Position numbers and translations under genes: made by a program
Notes under the pieces: model-generated
What the model saw: only the letters and a program-made list of their open reading frames with translations
Databases searched by the model: none
What the model was told of the DNA's origin: nothing
Part shown: one piece after another, positions 41,911 through 51,200 of the stretch
Position numbering within the stretch: position 1 is the first letter of the stretch
How the letters are laid out: the number at the start of each line of letters is the position of its first letter
From: Bdellovibrionales bacterium
Lineage (GTDB): Bacteria > Bdellovibrionota > Bdellovibrionia > Bdellovibrionales > JAUICD01
DNA length: 64,000 bases
Direction: 5' to 3'
Assembly (NCBI GenBank): GCA_965203275.1
Contig: OZ241865.1
Span: 32,001 to 96,000, forward strand

Positions 41911-42388
41911 TAATAAAAGGCCCAATAATATACAAAGAAATCAAGTTAAATTCAAAATTCAGCAATGAATTTCTGACCGATCACCTCAAAATTGACCTTC
42001 CGATTCTCTGAAAAAAGCTTAACCTGGTGAATATATGAAATTAGAGATAGAAGGTTCAAGGAAGGGAAATTTTGAGGGAAACAGTCCACATATCTCTGAA
42101 AGAGGTACGTACGGGTAGATGAGGATCAACGAAGTTAGATAATAAAAGGCCCAATAATATACAAAGAAATCAAGTTAAATTCAAAATTCAGCAATGAATT
42201 TCTGACCGATCACCTCAAAATTGACCTTCCGATTCTCTGAAAAAAGCTTAACCTGGTGAATATATGAAATTAGAGATAGAAGGTTCAAGGAAGGGAAATT
42301 TTGAGGGAAACAGTCCACATATCTCTGAAAGAGGTACGTACGGGTAGATGAGGATCAACGAAGTTAGATAATAAAAGGCCCAATAATA
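41911..42388 (+). repeat. Second repeat family: two apparently identical 229-bp tandem units plus a partial third
   Basis: taataaaaggcccaataat at 41911, 42140, 42369. Confidence 0.93.
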
Positions 42389-42398
42389 GAAAAAAACA

Positions 42399-42428
42399 TT
42401 GACAATTAAAATAAAGTCTTTATAAAAT
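42399..42428 (+). promoter_or_regulatory. Putative sigma70 promoter
   Basis: TTGACA at 42399-42404, TAAAAT at 42423-42428 (18-bp spacer), upstream of AGGAGG RBS. Confidence 0.55.
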
Positions 42429-42472
42429 AAAAAAATCTTAAACTTAACATTTATTAACAAGGAGGTTATATT

Positions 42473-42838
42473 ATGTCATTGTATGAATCTTTTGCACAGT
42501 TAAAATTTGATATACGCATGAAGGATTGGAATGTGAATCAAAATCTCGTTACAGAGAAAGAAATTAAAAAAAACTTAGAAAGCCTTAAAGATATGAGTGA
42601 CAATGTTGAAGAAGTCTCTCTATTTTCTACAGATCAAACACAAGATCCATCTAATGCTCCATCAGAAGATTCATCTTCTGATACATCTGATACATCACCA
42701 CCTCAACAAGCCGTGTCAGCTCAAGATGATCATCTTAATCCTAATCTTAATCCTAATCCTAATCATCCTCAACCTCATAACACAGAAGAGACAAATCCTG
42801 TCAAAACAAATGAAGATCCTTCTAATCCATGGTGGTGA
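42473..42838 (+). CDS. Hypothetical protein with disordered acidic C-terminus
   Basis: AAGGAGG RBS, 121 aa, NPNLNPNP repeat. Confidence 0.75.
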   Translation: MSLYESFAQLKFDIRMKDWNVNQNLVTEKEIKKNLESLKDMSDNVEEVSLFSTDQTQDPSNAPSEDSSSDTSDTSPPQQAVSAQDDHLNPNLNPNPNHPQPHNTEETNPVKTNEDPSNPWW

Positions 42839-42999
42839 CATAGGGGTGGTGATATAGGCTACTAAATAATTTCAAAATAAAACCATAATAGCTGTTAAAA
42901 GGAAGTAAAAAGAAAAGTCTATGCAATATAACTCTTTGAGTCATTAATTCTACTAGAGATTTGCTTTGACCATGCCTCTTTGTTAAATTATACCCTATT

Positions 43000-44115
43000 A
43001 TGGAAGTTATAGAAGTCAAAAACCAATCCCATCTTCGTCAATTTTTAAAATTACAACCACGTATCTATAAAGATCAGCCCCATTATGTTTGTCCTTTAAA
43101 TATTCTTGTGAAAAAAATGATCAAAGGATTGCATGTTCCCCAACAACATTTATTAATGGCTACCGAAAATAATCAATATATTGCTCGCATAGCTTTTAAG
43201 GTTCATAAATACAAATCTCAAACCTTTCTTCATTTTGGATTTTTTGATTGTGTAGAAGGATACAGCAAAGCAGTCAGTCAGCTCATTGCATGGGGCCGTA
43301 ATAAATATCCTCATTGGATTTTGAAAGGTCCTTATCATTTCACTATGGAAGATCCCTATATAGGTGTTTTAGTGGAAGGTTTTGATCAAGATCCTTATTT
43401 TTTAATGCCTTATAATTTTGCTTATTACGATGACTATTTACAAAAAGCTGGATTGAAAAAAGCTATGGACCTTTTTACTTATCAACTCACCAGAGAAAAT
43501 ATAGATCAACTACTAGCTCCCCTCCAACCTCAAGCACAAAAGGCACAAGAGCAAGGTATTACTGTTCGCTTTCCTCACCCTAAAAACCATCAAGAGTTTA
43601 AAGAAGAAGGCTATAAAGCTGTGAATATCTTTAATGACGCTCTTTCTGACAATTGGAATTTTGAAACATTTCAAGAAGCTCAGGCCAAAGAGTTAATTCA
43701 ATTTTTTAAATATTTATTAGATATGCGTATGGTGGCTTTTGCTATGAAGGATGGTCAAGAGATTGGTTGTTTAGTTATGGTCCCTAACTATAACCAGCTT
43801 ATTAAACCACATAAAGGTAAAATCACACCATTGTTGATCTACAAATACTTTCGAAGATATAAATATATTTCAAGTACAAGAGGTTATGTCTTAGGAGTTA
43901 AGAAGAAATACCATAGCATGGGTGTTGGTAGCTTACTGACAGTGAAGGTGTTTGAACAAGGCATGAAGTGTGGATATCAAGTGGGTGAAATTTCATGGAT
44001 TTTAGGCAATAACGATAAAATGAATCGGCTAGCTCAAACCATGTCAAAAGAAAATCAACATAACAAAGTTTATCGTGTATATGAGGCTCCACCTTTAAAT
44101 GAAAATTCTAAATAG
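43000..44115 (+). CDS. GNAT-fold acyltransferase resembling bacterial ceramide synthase (bCerS)
   Basis: FGFFDC, GVLVEGFD..P...MPYN..YY, FNDA.SDNW.F, LGV.KKY, EISWIL..N..M pattern recalled for this family. Confidence 0.65.
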   Translation: MEVIEVKNQSHLRQFLKLQPRIYKDQPHYVCPLNILVKKMIKGLHVPQQHLLMATENNQYIARIAFKVHKYKSQTFLHFGFFDCVEGYSKAVSQLIAWGRNKYPHWILKGPYHFTMEDPYIGVLVEGFDQDPYFLMPYNFAYYDDYLQKAGLKKAMDLFTYQLTRENIDQLLAPLQPQAQKAQEQGITVRFPHPKNHQEFKEEGYKAVNIFNDALSDNWNFETFQEAQAKELIQFFKYLLDMRMVAFAMKDGQEIGCLVMVPNYNQLIKPHKGKITPLLIYKYFRRYKYISSTRGYVLGVKKKYHSMGVGSLLTVKVFEQGMKCGYQVGEISWILGNNDKMNRLAQTMSKENQHNKVYRVYEAPPLNENSK

Positions 44116-45238
44116 CAAAAATGACATTCAAAATATCAACATCCAAAAAATATCTATTTTAAATTTTGTATCTTTATGGACTCAACAAAATGCCTCTCAA
44201 AATAATGTGTTTTTAGATGTACGATCCGAGAGAGAATTTTCAAATCAAAAGCTCCCTTTATTTACTTCTGCCTCACTTTTAAATAATCAGCAACATGCTC
44301 TGATAGGTACTATTTATAAGCAACAGGGAGCAGATCAGGCTCTAAAAGAAGGGTTCAGACTGTCACAGCTTCATTTAGAAGAAAGATTAAAACTTTGGAA
44401 AACCCTCACACAATCAAAAAATGTTTTTATTATTTGTCTCAGAGGAGGTTTGCGTTCTCGCATTGTCGCTCACTATGTGCAGCACCTTGCACATAAATGT
44501 TATCAAGTGGAAGGAGGTTATAAAGCTTTACGTTCTTTCTTGTTAGATCAGTTAAAATATTTAAACAAATATACTTTTTATATTCTCACAGGGAAAACAG
44601 GAAGTGGAAAAACAAAACTCCTCAATGAACTTAAAATGGAAGGAGTCATTGATTTAGAAAAGTTAGCTGATCACAAAGGTAGTAGCTTTGGCTATTATAT
44701 AGATCGAAAGCAACCCACTCAATCGAGTTTTGAAAATGCCTTATTGTTTGAATTATTAAAAGGCAGATTTTCACAAGATCATCCTTTTTATCTCTTAGAA
44801 GACGAAAGTCATTTGATTGGACATAATTTCATACCCAATCCTATAAAAGAAAAAATGCGATTATCGCCTGTGATTTATTTAGATGCAGATATTGAAGTGA
44901 GGTCGCAACGGATTTTTGAGGAATATATTTTAATGCCTTTAAAACAAGGTATTTCAAAGCAAGCTTTATTAGAGCATGGTTTGATGGGTCTTCAAAAAAT
45001 TGCCAAACGTTTGGGACATAAACAATTTGATTTATTAAAAAAATCTATGGTAGAAGCTTTTTATCAAAGTTTTATAGACAAAGAGAGTCACTTAAAATAT
45101 ATTCGTAAATTATTAGAGGTTTATTATGACAAACGATATGACTTTGCTTTTAATAAGAGTAAAAGTTCAAGAGAAGTTTTATTTAAAGGCTCTTTTAAGG
45201 ACTGCAAACTATGGCTAAACAACAACCTTACACCATAA
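44099..45238 (+). CDS. mnmH: tRNA 2-selenouridine synthase
   Basis: Rhodanese DVRS..EF, CLRGGLRS, GGYKA, GKTGSGKT, DLEKLADHKGSSFG, EDES; adjacent to selD. Confidence 0.92.
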   Translation: MKILNSKNDIQNINIQKISILNFVSLWTQQNASQNNVFLDVRSEREFSNQKLPLFTSASLLNNQQHALIGTIYKQQGADQALKEGFRLSQLHLEERLKLWKTLTQSKNVFIICLRGGLRSRIVAHYVQHLAHKCYQVEGGYKALRSFLLDQLKYLNKYTFYILTGKTGSGKTKLLNELKMEGVIDLEKLADHKGSSFGYYIDRKQPTQSSFENALLFELLKGRFSQDHPFYLLEDESHLIGHNFIPNPIKEKMRLSPVIYLDADIEVRSQRIFEEYILMPLKQGISKQALLEHGLMGLQKIAKRLGHKQFDLLKKSMVEAFYQSFIDKESHLKYIRKLLEVYYDKRYDFAFNKSKSSREVLFKGSFKDCKLWLNNNLTP

Positions 45239-46302
45239 AACTCACACAAACTGTCAAAAAGGGCGGATGTGCTTCAAAGCTTCCAGCAAAACATTTAAAG
45301 TCCATTTTACAAGAACTCTCTTTGAGATCTTCACCTCATTTATTGACACAATTTCAAACATGGGACGACGCTGCTGTGTGGGATTTAAAAAACAATGATT
45401 TTAAAAATAATACAGCCGCTTTAGTTCAAACTTTAGATTTTTTTACACCTATTGTAGATGACCCTTATACCTTTGGACAGATTGCAGCAGTCAATGCCAT
45501 GAGTGATGTGTATGCTATGGGGTGTCAGCCTCGTTTGACACTTTGTATTTTAGCTTTCCCTGCAAAAACTTTAGATATAGAAGTCATAAAACCTTTAATG
45601 GAAGGAGCTTTAGAGAGAATTCATAAAGCAGGAGCCGTGTTGGTAGGAGGTCATACCATCGATGATGAAACATTAAAATTGGGTTTTGTTGCCAGTGGTT
45701 TTGTAGATAAAAATCATTTTTGGAGTCATGCTAAGGCTCAAATAGGTGATCAACTGATTTTGACAAAGGCTTTAGGGGTAGGGACTTTAGTTTCTGCTTA
45801 TAAAAAACAAAATACACATCAAACAGAAAGATGGCTTAAAGGAGCTATCTCTAGCATGATTCAATTAAACAATGTGATTGATTTTTGTAAAATCAGAGAT
45901 GTACATGCTGCCACTGATGTGACAGGGTTTGGTTTTTTAGGACATGCTTGTCAAATGGCTAAAGCAAGTGGAGTTTCGTTTCAGTTAGATATTCAACAAA
46001 TTCCTCAATTACCTGGAGCTATGGATTCATTAAAGCAAGGTCACCTTGTCAAAGCCCATTATACCAATGCAGATTATGTAAAAGACCTTGTAGATTATGG
46101 GGTAGCTAAAGAAGAAATGAAATCGCTTTTAAATGACCCTCAGACCTCTGGGGGATTGTTACTGGCTGTTCCTGCTAGTTGTGCTTCTTTGTTTGTCTCT
46201 CGATTAAGCGAAGCATTTCCATGTACTCGAGTTATTGGAGATGTGACTGGAATAAAAAATAAATTAGTACATCTTTTTTCAGCAGATAAAAATGAGTGTT
46301 AA
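45211..46302 (+). CDS. selD: Selenide, water dikinase (Cys-type)
   Basis: GGCASK, DDAAV, DFFTPIVDDPY.FGQIAA.NAMSDVYAMG, GGHTI, TDVTGFG, DPQTSGGLL. Confidence 0.96.
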   Translation: MAKQQPYTIKLTQTVKKGGCASKLPAKHLKSILQELSLRSSPHLLTQFQTWDDAAVWDLKNNDFKNNTAALVQTLDFFTPIVDDPYTFGQIAAVNAMSDVYAMGCQPRLTLCILAFPAKTLDIEVIKPLMEGALERIHKAGAVLVGGHTIDDETLKLGFVASGFVDKNHFWSHAKAQIGDQLILTKALGVGTLVSAYKKQNTHQTERWLKGAISSMIQLNNVIDFCKIRDVHAATDVTGFGFLGHACQMAKASGVSFQLDIQQIPQLPGAMDSLKQGHLVKAHYTNADYVKDLVDYGVAKEEMKSLLNDPQTSGGLLLAVPASCASLFVSRLSEAFPCTRVIGDVTGIKNKLVHLFSADKNEC

Positions 46303-47230
46303 AAAACAACGAGGATATCCTCTCTACTAAAAGTGGTCAGGCTTTTGAGGCGATGACCATTTTATCGACGTGAAATAAATATCTTGTTTCCTTAACATGG
46401 AGTTAAGAGACGAGAGGATCCTTCTTACTAAAAGTGGTCAGGCTTTCTAGGTTGCCAGCAGATGAAAGAACTTTTCCCTTAACATCGCGTAAAAAAAAGA
46501 AATGATCCTTTCTACTAAAAATAAACGGATTTTTGAGGCAATCAGCCTTTGATCGACGGCGACAGCCGTCGGGCTGATTGCCCAAAAACAGCCAGAGGCT
46601 GGTTTATTTTTAGTGAAAAAGATAAGAAGGCGAATAGCCTTCGGCTGGCAACCAGAAAGTGACCAGAGGTCAGAGCACTTTGAGTGAACCGGAGGCATGA
46701 TTTATTTTGAGTGAAACAAACCCTTAACATCGTATTTTTCCGGGATCCGGGGTCTGGGATCCGGGATCCGGGGTCTGGGATCCGGGATCCGGGGTCTGGG
46801 ATCCGGGATCTGGCAACCCGGCAGACAGGCAAGAATGAAGCGAATATCTTGTTTCCTTAACATGGAGTTAAGAGACGAGAGGATCCTTCTTACTAAAAGT
46901 GGTCAGACAGCAAGCTTCTCTGAAGCTTGCCATGTAACAACACTAGGCAATGACCATTTTGTCAAAGGCGAAAGCCTTTGCGGTCATTGTCCAAAAGTGG
47001 CCAGAGGCCAGTTCACTTTGAGTGAACATAAAAAGAACTTTTTCCTTAACATGGTGTTAAGAGACGAAGAGATCCTCCTTCCTAAAATTGAACAGGCTTT
47101 TGAGGCAGTTAGCCTTTGATCGACGGCGACAGCCGTCGGGCTAACTGCCCAAAAGTAGCCAGAGGCTAGTTCAATTTTAGGGAAACAGACCACTTTTAGT
47201 GAAACAGAGGCTGGTTTACATTTAGTGAAA
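46295..47230. repeat. Cluster of structured elements including nested insertion and 21-bp higher-order heptamer repeat
   Basis: Nested unit 46464-46619; (gggatccggggtctgggatcc)x3 at ~46742-46805; complete unit 47041-47186. Confidence 0.92.
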
Positions 47231-47263
47231 TGATGAGGATCAACGAAGTTAGACAATGGAAGG

Positions 47264-48112
47264 TCAATTAAAGGAAAGTACTTGATCCCATTGGATTTTA
47301 AGAGGCAATAACTTAAGTTGAGATATTAAAATATAAGTTTTAGCAGGATTGAATTTAGATATTTTAAGACAACCATTTTGAATGAGCTTTCCTGTATCCT
47401 CTTGAGTCCATCCAAACCGTTTATCATTTAAGACATCTAAAACTTCTTCTCTAAGTCTTTTAGAGTCAATACCAGAAATGGTCACATTATAATAAAAATC
47501 ATCTGAATCTGAAACATCTGAGGCATTAGCATAATCTGTAACCTCTTGAATAGGATTTGAAGGCTGGCTGTCTATCTTAGGAGTTTGTACTTTAGAAGAA
47601 TCCAACTGAGATGGCGTTTGTTCCAATGTTGGTGGATCTTCAAGAGGTGGATTTTCTTGTGATGCTTGTTCAAGAGATGCTTCTTCAAGAGGTGATTGTT
47701 CAAGAGATGGCTCTTCAAGAAATGGTTCTCTAAGAGATGGATCTTCAAGAGAGGATTGTTCAGGAGAGATATCTTCAGAAGTGGTGGAGTTTTTATCTTG
47801 ATCTGTACTCTGTTCCGCTTCACTTTCTATTTGCGATGAAGAAATATCTTCTTGTAGAGGAGAAAGAGAGGCACTCGATGTATGTTGTTCCTGATCTTCG
47901 ACAGGTTGCATGTCATGGCTTTCATTGATCTGTTGTTTCGGATGATCTTCTGGTTCATCTGGAAATTCTTCAGAATCAGAAGGTGTAGGAGGTTGCTTTT
48001 GTACGTTGCCTTCAAAGTCAATAAAGACAAAGGTATGACAAGAAGGACATTGTGTCAATCCATAAATATTATTATCAATCTCTGCATGACAACTTAAACA
48101 TTGGGATGGCAT
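47264..48112 (-). CDS. Zinc-ribbon protein with acidic pentapeptide-repeat linker
   Basis: CxxC...CxxC N-terminus, EQSSL/EDPSL/EEPSL repeats. Confidence 0.8.
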   Translation of the reverse strand: MPSQCLSCHAEIDNNIYGLTQCPSCHTFVFIDFEGNVQKQPPTPSDSEEFPDEPEDHPKQQINESHDMQPVEDQEQHTSSASLSPLQEDISSSQIESEAEQSTDQDKNSTTSEDISPEQSSLEDPSLREPFLEEPSLEQSPLEEASLEQASQENPPLEDPPTLEQTPSQLDSSKVQTPKIDSQPSNPIQEVTDYANASDVSDSDDFYYNVTISGIDSKRLREEVLDVLNDKRFGWTQEDTGKLIQNGCLKISKFNPAKTYILISQLKLLPLKIQWDQVLSFN

Positions 48113-48202
48113 ATTTTTATTTTAATCTACATATTTTATAAAGTCAAAACTTACTTTGTTAAGCTTTCAACTTAAGCTGGCTATCTACAATCAAAGCTAC
48201 TT

Positions 48203-51200
48203 TTATAATACAGCTGGTTTTGCAATAGTTTGTTTTGTCATATCTACAGCGACCATCTTAGAAATACCTTTTTCTTCCATTGTGACACCATAAAGTTTGT
48301 CACAAATTTCCATAGTGTGTTTATTATGTGTTACAAGAATCATTTGAGCATGTTTGGACATCTCATTGATCAAATCATTAAATCTAAACACATTAGCATC
48401 ATCTAAAGGAGCATCCACTTCATCTAACACACAGTAAGGAGATGGCTTGACTAAAAAAATTGCAAAAATCAATGACACTGCTGTTAATGCCTTTTCCCCT
48501 CCTGATAACAAACTCACATTTTGTAATCTCTTGCCTGGGGGACGAGCTGTGATAGCAATCCCCATATCTTCCTTATCTTTGAGTTCTACCATACTCATAA
48601 AAGCTTCCCCTCCTCCAAATAAAACAGGAAATACTTTTTGAAAACGTATATTAACAGACTCAAAGTTCTCTTGAAACCGCTCATCACAAATCTTATTGAT
48701 CTTATTAATTACTTGGTTTAATTCTTTTTTTGCTAACTCTAAGTCATCTCTTTGTTGAGATAAAAAAGAATATCGATTTTTAACTTCTTCGTACTCTTGA
48801 ATAGCAGCTAAATTGACATTCCCCATTTTTTGTAGTTGAGAATTCAAAGTTTCTAGTTTTTTTTCTGCTTCATCCCAATCAATCTCCTTCCATTCTAATA
48901 CTTGATTTTCTTTACTTGTTTTATTTTTATATTCCATTGCCACATCTTTTAAATTTACCATATAACGCTCATTAATAGTTTCAACAAGAGCTTTCATTTT
49001 AAGCTCTAAAGTATTAGCTCCAAGAGATAAATCATTGATTTGCATTTGTACTCCATTGGATTCCTTTCTTAAAACAGATAATTGTTGATCCATAGTGTTT
49101 AGCTGACTTCTTGAGGTTTCATATTGATTTTGAGTTTTAGAAAATATCTTTTGCTTTTCTTGCTCTTGAGTTAAAATATTTTGTAAGCTAGATTGTTCTC
49201 CTTTGTATGTTGTTTGAGCTTCAGCTTGCATGGCAATGCTCTGCTCCCTCTGTTGTGTGATCCGAGTCATCCTTTGAGAAAGTTCATTCATTTGTTTTTG
49301 GAGCATTTCTTTTTGATGTTTTTTACCTTCTGCCTCTTGAGTACATGCTGTTGAATCTATACTTAGCTGATGGACTTTTTGCCTTAAATTATTTAATTGG
49401 CTTTGACTTTTTGATATATTTTCGGTCAACGACTTGATCTGAGAGGACAAGGTTTCTTTTTTCTTAAGGATTGTTTGTTGTTCTTTGATAAAAGATTGCT
49501 TTTGTTTTTCCTGCTTTTGTTTTTGAGTTAAAAGCCTATCAATAACGGCATTTTGTTTATCTAATACCAACTGACTATCAGTTACTTCTATAGAAGCTCT
49601 TTCTAAGTCTTTTTTTAATTCAATGACTTTCATTTCTTGTTGAATATGGTCTTTTTGAGTTTGCTTAAGATCTTTTTCTAGGATTTCAAGACAATGTTCA
49701 TGGTTTTTTAATTCATCTTCTGCAACTATGAATTGTTGCTCACAATCTATCGATTGCTTTTTGATTTCTTTAATTTCTCTGCGTAACTTTAATCGACTCG
49801 AATCAATAAAATCAGGGGTGCCTCCTATAACAATCCCCTTAGGCAAAAGAACATCTCCAGTCAAAGTGACAAAAGTCCAATCAGGATATTGAATAGATAG
49901 ATCGTATAAAATACTTTTTACAATAGCTGTTTTGTTTAAAAGAACATCAATACAAGCTCGATATTTTTTATCAGTGACAACAAAATCTTTCAATAATCCT
50001 ATGACTATTTCATTTTCAATGGGTGTATCTATAGGCTTTTGAACAGAGACATTTAAAAAGCTAGCACGTCCAGCTTGGTTTTGTTTTAAAAAATCAAAAG
50101 CTTTAAAAACATCCTCTAAAGAGTTAGCTAGAAGAGCTTGCAGGTGTCTACCTAAAACAGCTTCAAGAGCTAATTCATATTTTTTAGAGACTTCTATCAC
50201 ATCAGCTACAGGAATAAACAAAGACTTTTGTGATGATGTAAGATTTTCTCTCCATGCTAAAACCTCTTTAGCTCCTTGATCAAACCCTTCAAAGTTTTTA
50301 TAAAGGTTCTCTAATGCACTCAACTGACTAGTTATTTTGTTTTTATTGTCTTTTAATTGATGTGTTGTTTGTTTTTTTTCTGTCAGTAGTTGCAGTAAGT
50401 TATCTTGATTGTCTTTAAATTGTTGCATATCACTTGTCAAACTGAGTTGTAATTGCCTAGCCTTTTCTAATTTACGGGCAGTATTGTCTTTGATTTTTAT
50501 AGTTTCTTTATTTTTATGAACCATTTCTTTGAGTAGAGATCCTGATGTATCTTCTTGAATTTGTAATTCTTTTTGACTTGCTTGAAGTGATTTTATTTCA
50601 GCTTCAATATGGGCTTCTTCTTGATGGGCTTTCATTAGAGCAGTTTGCTGTTCATTTAAAATATTCTGATCTTGTTGCAATTTGGTTTGATCTTTTTCAT
50701 GTTGTGCATTAAGAGTTTTATACTGAGATTCAATTTGTGTGGCTTTTTTTTGCAGATCTTCATAGGCAAGACTTAATTGTTGTAAGTCTTTTTGTAAATG
50801 ATCTTTTTGTGTTTGGACTTCACTGCTCATATCAGAATGTAGACTTTCTTGTTTTTGAGATTGTTCTATTTGAAATTCTAAACCTTGAATAATCTTTTCT
50901 TTGGTTCTAATAGCAAGTTTTGTTTCTTCAATAGATTGTTGTTGAGATTCTAGTTTTTTTTCACATTCTAATTGCCAGAGTTTTTTAGCTTCTTTTTGCT
51001 TTTCTTGCTCTGCAATTTTACTTTGGTATTCAAGGTCGCTGTCTTTTAACTCTTGGAGTGAAGACTGATTAGATATATATTTTTCTTCCAAGTTAAGAAA
51101 GTTTCTTGAGCAAATAAGCAGATCCTGCTTTTCAATTTTATCTTGTAATTTTTTATATCGGCTGGCTTTTTGAGATTGACGTTCTAGAGCCGAAAGTTGC

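Noticed and set aside
45250..45285. Selenocysteine in SelD
   Set aside because: Active-site codon is TGT (Cys); no in-frame TGA
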